NCBI GenBank assembly: GCA_010093995.1
Contig: ML992506.1
Coordinates: forward strand, 1,229,109 to 1,293,108
DNA length: 64,000 nucleotides
Reading direction: 5' to 3'
From: Elsinoe ampelina
Taxonomy: Eukaryota
Position numbers and translations under genes: made by a program. The notes beneath the pieces were generated by a model. The model did no database searches and was not told the origin of the DNA. It saw nothing but the letters and a program-made list of their open reading frames with translations. Positions 50,284 through 60,600 of the stretch are shown one piece after another. Each line of letters begins with the position of its first letter. Within the stretch, counting starts at the first letter, position 1.

Positions 50284-51192
50284 TCACCAGCCATCAGTGT
50301 TGCAATCACATGATGGCGTGAAGTATTTACCGGGGAGGTACATCCTATCGTGTGTCCAGTAGCATCTCTGCCTCCAAAATCCAGTTCCTTGGTGATCGGA
50401 TCCACAAACGCATCTGCTATCAAACCTCGCCTCCTCGACCGCCAGTTTGACATCCTAGATACTCTCTTCTAAGATCAGTAGAGGCCCCGAAATCCTGTCA
50501 GCGAGGCAGATCCAGTGGACGATCAGATTTTGTAAACCACATCCCTTAGGCGTTTCCTGGAAGACTCTCTTGCATTCCTCCAAGCTCAGGTTTTGGCTTC
50601 TGAACTTTGGCGAGAATGCCTGTATGGCGACATTCTTCAAGTCCGGCATGAGCAATTTCTCTCCAAGGATGTATAGATCGATGCAGTCGCGTGTTGTCCA
50701 GGACTCGACAGGACTCGGTTGGTATGGTTACCTCGGAGAATGAAGGAGTCGCATGAGTCGCAGTGGCGTACTGGATGAGCAGCTCGATCGCACGGGGCCT
50801 GTCCTCGGGAAACTCGATCACGCCAGTCTGACCCTCTCTCCAAGATGTTGACAAGGTAGCCCGGAAGAATGGCGATGTGCGCAGAAGTATCTTGCCGTCA
50901 ACGAGGAATTTTGTCTTCTTCTTGCCGACTAGTACTGTCACAACGCCTTGACAGTAGGATCTATCGCCGTTAGAAGGCTCCTTCAGTATGAAGAGGTCAC
51001 TCACTGCTGGTTGGATAGCCAAGCGTCCTGTAGCGAGAGCTTTGGTCGTTGGAAGAGCCTTATGTAGCGTCGATCACAGTAATCAAAGCAGTCGGACGTC
51101 TTTCCATCTCTGTAATGCATGAGGCTGTTGCGGAGTGCACCCTTACCTGCGGCTGATGAACCGATAAGAGCTATACTCTGCCCGAAAGACAT
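50284..51192 (-). pseudogene. BTB/POZ gene 11, paralog of gene 10, with a 10-bp insertion (50699-50717) and a premature TAG (50455-50457); intron 50961-51004
   Basis: VVTVLVGKKKTKFLV..TSPFFRATLSTSWREGQTGVIEFPED..CIDLYILGEKLLMPDLKN. The frame continues past the TAG to FWRQRCYWTH..CDC..W*, homologous to the gene 10 tail. Confidence 0.85.
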
Positions 51193-51480
51193 CCTGTGGG
51201 TTGATCTTGCAGAAACACCAACGAGCGCAGATGATTGTGCGTGGAGAATGATGAAAACAAGCGAAGTTGATGGTCAGCACCAGTTAACGGTGATGTGAAA
51301 ATGATAGTGACAGAAAGATGAAGTCTCAAGAACGATTATTATTTGAGGCCTTCTCTGGGAAGATCGCAACGCGTGTCACAAAGCGCAGTAAGATGCGGCA
51401 AGCTCTCGACTGTGTCATGACCGCACGTGCCGTTTGATTCTTCCATTCTTCTATCAATCCTACCAGACCAAGGTGACATG

Positions 51481-52214
51481 TCACATGTTCTTGCAATGGT
51501 TTCCGAGCCCAGCTAATACTTGAGCGATACAACCAGTGATCCGAGCTTGAATATTTTGTGACACTGCCAGGGAGATTAGTACGCATGACAGTGAAGACCG
51601 TGTGATCGATACTACCAGCACTTGAACCGTCCCTCGGCCCGCCACCATGGCTCGCTTTCTTCCTGTTGCTGTGAAACTGTGACTTGAGGCTGAATTCCTG
51701 GCATTGAATGCTTCGTTGGTGATACGACCATCATAGATTGCATCTTTGTTGGCGAAGATGTAGAGTTTGATGCACAAGCCTACGACTGGAGGAGAAACCG
51801 AGTCGGCGTTGGGTGGGAGGACAGTGATGGAGCCAGTGTACGCCCAGTCGATGAAGGCCTCGATAACGCAGGGCTCGTCTTCCAGGAGCTCGAGGGTCTT
51901 TGTTTGGCGTTCCTCCCAGTCCCGGGTAAGTGCGACGTCAAAGAAAGGAGCTGCAGCTTTGAGAGTAGCCTCGTGGACTATGAAGGCTTCTTTGTCGGCG
52001 CCGACCAATAGTTGCACCGAATGGCCGTACTTGTGACTGCAAATCGATCAGTATGCGGTGTGGACGCGAGGACTAACACTGACTGGGGATTCTGCTGCGA
52101 CACCAGAGCAGATTTTTTCGAGTCGTCTTCCATGCGGGCCTTCTTGCGCGCCGGTGATGTACCGAATGGGTCGAGGAACTTGGAAGCAGTACGCTTCTCA
52201 GGCATGAATGACAT
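51481..52214 (-). pseudogene. BTB/POZ gene 12, probably frameshifted near 51700 (intron from 52037 to ~52083)
   Basis: VQLLVGADKEAFIVHEATL..APFFDVALTRDWEERQTKTLELLEDEP..FIDWAYTG..KLYIFANK. A downstream VMRTNLPGS segment lies in another frame; 3' end uncertain. Confidence 0.7.
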
Positions 52215-52586
52215 GGTGTCGAACGTGGAGAGGAGGCCAAGAGCAGTGGCTGTAAGGTGGTGGGATTTGAGGCACAGTGTGCGAAATGCGATGGGAGCCG
52301 GATGTTGTGGCGGGGTCTAGCCACATTGAATGGATGAGATACTTCAGATCACGCGACGACTTGGGGACCCGACTGGGCAGAATGGCAGAAGCTCACAAGA
52401 CTTGCTGTTTGGGCACTGTCGAAATGGCGGTCCGACTATTGACTATTGCTGGATGATCCATGTACCATAATCTCCTGTGCTATATCGTTCTGACGCCTCC
52501 AATGCTATTCGACTCTAGCCGCTCGTGATGCGTCATGCCAGCGTGTATTCTCTCCCCTTTTCCCCCCACATCGCATGCGCTCCAAT

Positions 52587-53052
52587 TTAAGCCGACCTTG
52601 GTCCAGAGTGCGCCCTGACGCCGTTTCCATTTGCCTTCCCGAAGTTGGACTGACTTGACGGCGACGTGCCGAGATTCATACGGTCCTTCATGAAAGATCG
52701 CAAAACCCATGCTGCCAGATCGGGTCATTTTTCTAGTAGAGTGACAGTCACGTCTTCCATTCTTGCCTCAGACTTCCACCAACCTTCAACGAAGCGACGC
52801 AAGGGGCTGGAGTGTATCGTACCCTCCCATTTTACAGAGCAGTCTTGGGCCGGCATCCTAGTCATTGTCGACTTGAAATCATTCAACGCGAGCATAACTT
52901 GACTGGCGAGTGAATCAATGGCATTGCTCTCTGCGAACATGCACAGTCTGGCGTATCTCATGAATGTAGTCGGGGTTGCTGGAAGGTCCTGGTAGTAGGC
53001 CCAGTGGATGAAGTCTTCGACGACGCGGATATCGTCATGAGGTAGCTCCAAT
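52587..53052 (-). pseudogene. 5'-truncated BTB/POZ remnant 13 with in-frame TGA (52725-52727)
   Basis: LELPHDDIRVVEDFIHWAY..RLCMFAE..SSPLRRFVEGWW..LEK*PDLAAWVLRSF; the N-terminal half of the domain is missing. Confidence 0.75.
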
Positions 53053-54180
53053 CTAACGATGACCAGGCCACTTGAAAGCCGCAGCTCTTTCTCTTTCAAG
53101 CGTTCTGCCACGCTCAACAAAACCAACCTTCTCGCTTTGTGGGACTCGGCTGGTCGACGGCTGCGTATGTCTAAAGAGCTCGATAAGTTCTTCGTCACTC
53201 TGCTCGCTGATTTCGGAGTCATTCGGTTCGTCGTTTCCAGCTGCACGCTTCTTCACACTGCGACTGCGCGATGTCGATTTGAAACCGGGGTTTTCGGTAC
53301 GGTCGATCAAGAGAGTTTGGAACTTGTCCTCGATCTTTACAAGCACCCAACGTTTGATGCTCTGAGGAAAGAATTGTGCCTTGAACAAGTGGAATATCTG
53401 GTGTGCGAAGCGCGCGAAGAGAAGTTGTGGTGAGATGAGGTATGGAGGTATCAGCGTTGGGCGATTGTGATATTGTTCGAATAGTGTGATCGTCTCTATC
53501 AGTGTATGAGTGACGAGGACAATTTTGTCGCCGCGTGCCTTTGGTACGAGTGCAAACTGTGCTGCGTCAAATGCGAAGTGAAGATCATTCCGAAGTGGCA
53601 GAAGATTGCTTTTCGCGTCGATCTCGCCCGTAGTCTTGGGAACAATCTCGCCTCTGCAATAGGTAATCATCTGATTGCGCACGAACCAGTCTTCTTGCGT
53701 CTTCGGTACGATGTGTGCCTTTTGGACGGCGATATCGTCAGATGAGAGAGCGCAGAATTTGCCGCTTAAGCCCTGTACAGTTGAGGTAGAATTTGATTGC
53801 TCTCTAAGCCTTAACCAGAGTGAAGGTAGCGGAGTCGGTAATGTCCAGTCTTCGAAGCATGATAGGACTGCGTATCTCGGCGAATTTGGCACATGGAAAT
53901 AATACTCTCCTGCCGCGAGAATGTCGTTGTCCGAGATGTCTATTGTCAACGAAGAATCAGGAGATGTAGAGGGTGAGAAGAATCCATCGAAGTGGTTGTT
54001 GGTTATAATAGCGCAGGCTGTGTGAATTGTCGCGTGGTGAATCCCAGAACCATCTGTCGCAGGTAGACAGAGAAGCAGATTAGAGTGAGGATATCCAGGA
54101 TGTTTGATTCGAACATCTTCGAATGTAACGACCGACTTGAGTGACGGATGAGGCGGAGGGTCTTTGAAAGTGAGAGCCAT
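53053..54180 (-). CDS. Fungal HNH endonuclease-domain protein (HNH_2 type)
   Basis: N-terminal HPGY..LL.L.ATDG.GIHH.T..TAC.II.NN.F.GF; nuclease core CALS..AHIVP..WF.RNQM..ID..SNLLPLRNDLHFAFD..F.LVP; LFARFA. An alternative ATG lies at 54198. Confidence 0.85.
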   Translation of the reverse strand: MALTFKDPPPHPSLKSVVTFEDVRIKHPGYPHSNLLLCLPATDGSGIHHATIHTACAIITNNHFDGFFSPSTSPDSSLTIDISDNDILAAGEYYFHVPNSPRYAVLSCFEDWTLPTPLPSLWLRLREQSNSTSTVQGLSGKFCALSSDDIAVQKAHIVPKTQEDWFVRNQMITYCRGEIVPKTTGEIDAKSNLLPLRNDLHFAFDAAQFALVPKARGDKIVLVTHTLIETITLFEQYHNRPTLIPPYLISPQLLFARFAHQIFHLFKAQFFPQSIKRWVLVKIEDKFQTLLIDRTENPGFKSTSRSRSVKKRAAGNDEPNDSEISEQSDEELIELFRHTQPSTSRVPQSEKVGFVERGRTLERERAAAFKWPGHR

Positions 54181-54651
54181 AGTATGTCTGCAAGTCATGT
54201 ATCAGTGAAGGTCGGAGGGGCTTAGAATGAAGAAATTTGCTAACTAGATTCAAGGTTGGTGTGATGGACAAATGTGCTTCGGGATGAGGTGAGAGTAGTC
54301 AGGTCGCGAAATTCACTCGAAGGAAAGTTCACTAAGACAAAGTTGGTAAAGTCAACAGGTAGTGGTCCGTTTAGGTTCATACGAAGTGCAAGAAGCTTCG
54401 GCCAGCGCGCTCGCACATATATCGGCCATTCGAGCTTAGCAGACGGCAGACCAGGGATTCACTCTTTTCGGCACTTCGCAACGTTTGCCGGCGATCGCCT
54501 TCACACAGTAAGCAGGCGGCAAAAAGAAATGCATACTCACAACATCTGGGACTGCTGTCTATGCTAATCAGATCCGATCGTGTCAGGTCATGGCTATCAT
54601 CACCAGACCCATTCAGTTTTAAGCGCCGCCTTTCCAATCATAGCCTTGGTA

Positions 54652-55711
54652 TCACAAATAGCTCTTGAGCACCTGACCCGCCTCAAATCCATCATTGCCC
54701 TCCAAAGTCGTCCATCCGTTGACATTGCCCGCCTCGACACAAACCATGGTCTTGTACCCATCCTTGGGTGCAAAGTCACTGATAGCTTGCGCTCCCTCCT
54801 TCCATGGATTCCACACCACGGTATCTTGCAGGTTGTCTCTGACGACATCGAAAGCAGGCTTGCCATCAACGATAATGGAGGTGGTATTCTGCTGTAGCGA
54901 TTTGTAGACCCTGTCGACGGGGCCCTCGAACTTGAGCTCGTTGCCCGAGGAAATGTGCTCGGTTGCATCAAGGATCTTGTCCGTGTACCTTACACCGGCC
55001 AGGCCGGTAACTGTGACCTTTGAGATATCCTGCCTTCGTCAGCTTGGCTTGTTCCCTTCCAAGAAGGAGTATTCTTACCGGAATCTTGAAGTACGTATGT
55101 GTCAAGAACTGGAACTCCCAATTCTCCGTCCCCGTGTTCCTGACCTCCAGCGCAGTGTGCAACCCCTCCTTGCCCAGCGTCACGGAGTACACCAGGTTGA
55201 ACTCGTACGGCCATGCCTTCTTCATCTCTTCACTAAGGTTGTTGGGGCTCAGGCCAAAGTCCAGTCTTACCGCGCTGTCACTGCCCTTACTAACCGGCGC
55301 TGACTCGGATGACGACTTTCCCAGATAATCCCATGTCGAGATGCGTGCGAAGCCGTGCTGTGGAAGTGATGAAGTGGCATGGTTCTTGGGAGGCGGCCCA
55401 AAGACCTAGACATGTCAGCTAATGTTCCATCTTTTGTCGTGATGATGTAGAGCGGTTCGTACGGGAAACACGACTGGCACACCGCCCCTGATTGCCTTTG
55501 ACCCATCCAGTACAGCGCCCTCGCTGACCCATAGATTCTCGCTTCCATTGTCATTCTTCCAACTCGTGATTGTGGCTCCGTAGAGCTTGATCTCGACGCT
55601 TTCTCCGGATGGAAGTCGGGCTACGACCTTGTCTCCATCAGCGTCGACGATGGGTTGAGGTCCGCTAGGCCCCGGGGTGAGCGGGGCAGGCTTGTTGGCG
55701 CGATTCGCCAT
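54652..55711 (-). CDS. Glucose-6-phosphate 1-epimerase (aldose 1-epimerase family), 3 exons
   Basis: YGATITSW, AIRGGVPVVFPVFG, QHGFAR, HTYF, VDRVY, VVWNPW, MVCVEAG. Confidence 0.93.
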
Positions 55712-56006
55712 CGTTCTTGAGGTCCTTGGTGGTTTCGCTCGTGCCTTTGTAGCCGTAAGGGAATGCTTGATCGACCGAAAGACTTTTGGAGGCTGATAGA
55801 AGATCAGAGTTGGGTGAGATGTCGCTGGCAGAAGCCGTGTAACGGCGTGGTGAAGTCAATGGGAGTGCAAGCTGCCCCACGCCCCCACAGCTGAGAGCTT
55901 GATCCCCTTGCATGATTCAGGCACGCAGAGCCGCAGGTCACGTTTGAAGGAACACTTGCCACATCTTGGAGTCGCAGCCAATGTCATTAATCATGATACA
56001 GTATTC

Positions 56007-57160
56007 TTATACCAACAGCTTTCCGTGGTCTGCCAACGATGGAAACTCTGTCATCGTCGCGGTAGTCGTGGTTGACAACATCAACCATGGCTCACCTCCG
56101 CGCTTCGACTCTGATATTACCCGGCCACTCTGAATACCGTATCCTCGCTCTCCTTGTCCTGTCTTGCTCTTGGTCCTTCTCTCCGACGATCCAATCGTGT
56201 ACCGCTGCGGCGCATCTTCAGATGCATCCGACGTCGAGTCTCGCCAAAAGCTGATCAGCCTGTGCAGCAGCGGCTTCATGGTCGCCAAACAGACGGCAGT
56301 GATACTGATGCCCGCCTCCAGAGTGCTGTAAAGACAGATCGAAATACGACTCTCATCAATCTCCGCCGTCACAAATGTCACCTCAGCAATGACTCTCCGT
56401 ATCGACACCGCGGCCGCCACGCTGCCGAAACTCAGCAATATCCCAGTCACAACCCTGACTCTCAGCGGCAGCGATGCCAACCACACCGTGTAGAACGACA
56501 GCAGGGCAAACCCAACATCCGCCAGCGCATTGCTGCTACTCCAAGTGACCGACACCGCTGCCGCAGCATCCGTATACCGACACTGCTCAATCTCCAACGC
56601 AGTAACATCATGCTCCACCCCACAAGTCCAACTCATCCCAATATAAACCACCCCCAGCACCGCCGGAACCACACATAGCACCGCCGTGATGATGCTCGAA
56701 ACCTTATGATGCGCCCGAAAGATATTGAACAACATGATCCCAAACGACGTCTTACACGCCACCGAGCAAAGCACGTACAGCGTCGAGAAGATCCGGATGA
56801 ACTACCCCCAAACACAACGTCAGTCACTTCTCTTGCCATCTCGTGCTCGACACCCACCTGTGTAAGGGTACCACTCACCATCGTCACCCTCTCCGGCGCC
56901 CCTGCTTCTTCCTGCGCATGCGCCCTGTACGCCACACACAACGCCAACATCGCTCCTCCCAGCGCCGCGTACAGCACATACGCCACCAGCAGCAACGCGT
57001 CGTCGATGCGGAGGAGCCGCACGATGCCCAGCTTGACGTACCCTCTCAGACTGGCGGCGAGGGTGCATAGTACCAGGAAGACGACGGTGAGGATCGTCGA
57101 AGTGTGCGTGATGCGGTTGACGTTGGCGATTTGTTCGGGGGTGAAGGTTTCGGGCGTCAT
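56007..57160 (-). CDS. Pth11-like (fungal rhodopsin-domain) integral membrane protein, 2 exons
   Basis: LRGYVKL..RIDDALL, ACKTSFGIMLFNIF, NALAD, STLEAGISITAVCLATMKPL; intron ~56804-56879. Confidence 0.8.
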
Positions 57161-57607
57161 TCTGCCTCAGTCCTGGGAAGTGAGCATGTCGAAGGTCTGC
57201 GAGGACGTATTATTGACGGGACAGCTGGTGTTTAATACCTATAGCTGTCCAGGTTGTTCCTGTTTGGCCGTCCATATGCGTTGAACTGAACTGGTTCGGG
57301 ACTTGGCGGATACCGTAAACGTTGGCCACCAAGGCCGCAGGGTCGAGACGTGACTGCTATACATGTGCACCATGGTGCTGGAGTGCTTGCATTGCGCCGT
57401 TGTGGGTTCGGTCGTGCACGTTGATCGATCCAGTGGTCGTTGTCTGGTTGTCCTCAACGGCGCGGACAGCTAGGCCCAGTTTGCGTAGGAAAAAGGTCCG
57501 CAATCAGAATAATTGCAACGGTCCATCGAGATGTGAGTAGTGATTGACTGTTGTCAATGTTTGAATTATATTCAGACTGATGTCTATCCCCAATCGTTGG
57601 TACTTAT

Positions 57608-60600
57608 CTACTCGTTCCTCCGACCTGCGGCGTGGATTTCGCCGCCCAGCTCGAATAGCATCCCGTTGAGCTCCCTTTCTTCTTGAGTGCCGAGTACGAA
57701 CTTTTTACCCATCTCCTTCACGTCCACCAGGATGTTGCGTAGTCTCCCAATTATGCTCTTGGGTGTCAGGATCAACCTCTCCTCACGAGCGCGAGCCGCT
57801 GCAGCTTCTTTGAGTAATTGGCTGTCAGGTGTGATGATGTCGTCGTCATCGTCGTCCAGGTGTTGATCTGGTGTGGTGCCTACCATGTCGTCAGGCTCCG
57901 GCCCAGGCTCATAGCCGTCAGTGGCCCTTGGTGAGACGACGACGGAGACCTCCTTTCGGAGAAGTCGGTTCCGCGGGGAAGATCTAGTAGGCACTGGTGT
58001 ATGTTGTAGCTTTGTCGTTCTTCTAGTCTTTCTCGGCGAAGAACCAACACTCGATATCACAGACTCGTCCAGAGAGTGCGCGCTCATAACGGATGACTTG
58101 CGCTTCCATTGCCTCGCGGGCTGCTGAGCGACCGCTGGAGTAGATTTTCGAGGCCGACCGCGAGCACGCTTCGACGGCTGTGTGCTGCTGGCTGGCTGGC
58201 TATTGGCTGCTGGCTGTGATGATGGCTGATGATCGTCCATTGCGAACAGAGCAGGGGTCTTGGGAATCGGCTGGGAAGCAACCACAATGCAATCCTCCAT
58301 GTCGCTCTCCTCTTTCTCAATGTTCTTCTGGCCACCAAGCCATGACATCAGCTTTTTGATGGGTGAGCCTCTCTTCTGGCGCTTGCTTGACACTTGTTCG
58401 ATTGGCGCGGTCCGCTTGCGACCCCGACCCGACACAATCACAGGTGCCATGTCCACAGCCTTCTGTTCATTGGCCTCAGGATCTACCAAGGTAGTACCGG
58501 CATCACTAGTACCGACAAAGGAGTCCTCGATCTTAGTCGCGTCCACTTCCACATCCTCGTCTTGTTCGCGCTTAATCGGCGAAGCGACAACCGCTTCAGA
58601 TTGCGACACCTCGCTCTCTTCGCTGTCCCGCTCATCGTCTTGTATCGCCTCGAAAAGCTCCGTCGGCGCTTCGACAAATTCGCTGCTTCTGACGAGGTCA
58701 GAGTTGGCGGGTTCGTCTTGCAAAGACGTTTCGTCGGCAATCTCATCAGGGAATGTGGGAGGGATTACATCGTCGCTAGTAAGGTCAAAACCAGGCTCTT
58801 GCTGAGTAGCAGGGATCTGAGAATCTTCTTCAGCAGCCCTGGTCGCTGCAATTTCCGGGAACAAGAACTCGTCGTTCGGAGCAGTCTCGAACTCCTGTGC
58901 CAACTCTGGCGGAGATGACGGAACCTCAGCAAGGTCCCCGACAAGGTCTTCCTGTTGCGGCTCTTCCATAAAAATGGCAGGCTCTGAAGACAGCTGGGAG
59001 CTACGGCTTTGTGCCCGTTGAGCGCTCCTCTGTGAAGGTGACGATCCGAGATAAGCATCCATCGGCCCATGCTCCTCGTTGTCAATCTCCGGCGTCTGAT
59101 GACGGGCACCTGAGGCATCGTGGGCTCTGACTTCTGCGATACGATCACGAATAATGTCTTTGGTCGCCGATGGTGGGACCGGACTTGAAAACTGTGGGAA
59201 CATGCGAGTCGCTTCTTCCTGCCGCTCCTTGACTTCCCGCTGATGCTCTGTCAGGCCTTGTGTTCCGTCTTCGGTGAGCTCTGATGGCAGGTTCTCGACA
59301 TTAACGAATTCAATCTGAGAATTATCATGACGAAGCTTCGGTGGTGGCATTGCTGCAGACTTAGGTGTCTGGCTTGCAGGAGCGGGCAGCTTTGGTCGAC
59401 TCGGTGTGCGCCGATGGAGGGACTCAGACATGTTGCTCGAATTAAGTTTCTTGCGATGCGTGTGAGAATGCGTTTCCATCTCGTCCTGTGATGGCGACAC
59501 AGGTCCTTCTTCCAGAACAAGCAGCTTGAGAGGCTGCCCATCCAGAGGTGCGAGCTCGGTGGGAAATGTGGGCAAGTCGAGTCCTACGTGGTCCCTCACG
59601 CGTTCCAAGACATTGGCAAGCTGATCAGGGTACGCAAGCTCGGAGAGCTGACCGAAAGTAGCGTTCCAATAGGAAATGGTCTCGTTGACGACTAAAGAAT
59701 GGCTAGTGGCGAAGCCCGCTGAAAGGACAGGTGCCAGATCGAGCAACAGGGCTGAGTCGAACGGCAACGCTTTTGTTGAAGCCAGAAGCATGGACCAGAG
59801 TTTCTTGAGAGGACTTCCGGATGGCAGAAGGCGATCTTCATCGCGGACGAGTTTCAGCAAGCTAGGCAACTGGTGCAGCGTGCGGAGCAAGAATTGCTGA
59901 GGACATTGTGACAAGCAGTCGTGGACAGCGTCCAACAGTCTTGTGCCATAGGCATTACAGAGATCACGTGACGTGCAGAGATCACTGCAGACGACTTCGG
60001 CGACGTCTAAGATATCCGGGCTTCTGTCAATGATCCCTTGACGACGCGATGAGTCCAACACGCTACCTTCGAACAGTTTCCAAGACTTTTCAAGTTGTTG
60101 TCGAGAAGAAATCCATGAGAACTTCCGAAGCATGAGCGATGCAAGCTGTAGCTTGACAGTCGATGAAACAGTGTGCTTGTCGAGTTTGAGGGTTTCGGCG
60201 AGGGCATCTATCGGTCCAAGATTGACGGCCAGGCCCCCAACAGCACGGTGGAGATGGTTCTCGAGGGATTCGAAAGTTCTCGTCCAGGATGCTAGGATGT
60301 CTTCCGATTCGAGGAAGGGCAAGCATGCTTTCAAGATCGCAACTGACACGCGGGACAACTGAGCGAGTCTGATCTGGGTGTCCGATGTGTCACCTTGTGA
60401 TCTGATAACGTTCGAGGTCGTAGCCAAAACAAGATCTATCATGTGAAGTCGAAGTTCCCCGTCGCTTGTCGGACTGGATGCCGATGTTGTGATGATTGTG
60501 CATTGCCGAAGAAGTATAAGCCGAGACATATTCGAGGTCTGCCCCTCGAAAACTTTGTAGAGGACAGCGTTGGCCGTCTGTGCAATCGTCGTTGGCTCAT

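Noticed and set aside
50455..50457. Premature stops as A-to-I editing (stop-to-Trp) targets
   Set aside because: The same BTB genes also carry frameshifts or truncations that editing cannot fix, and the taxon is not established as one with sexual-stage editing.
29069..54180. Starship or integron-like cassette interpretation of the BTB array
   Set aside because: No tyrosine recombinase gene, terminal repeats or repeated recombination sites are visible between genes, and core genes are interspersed.
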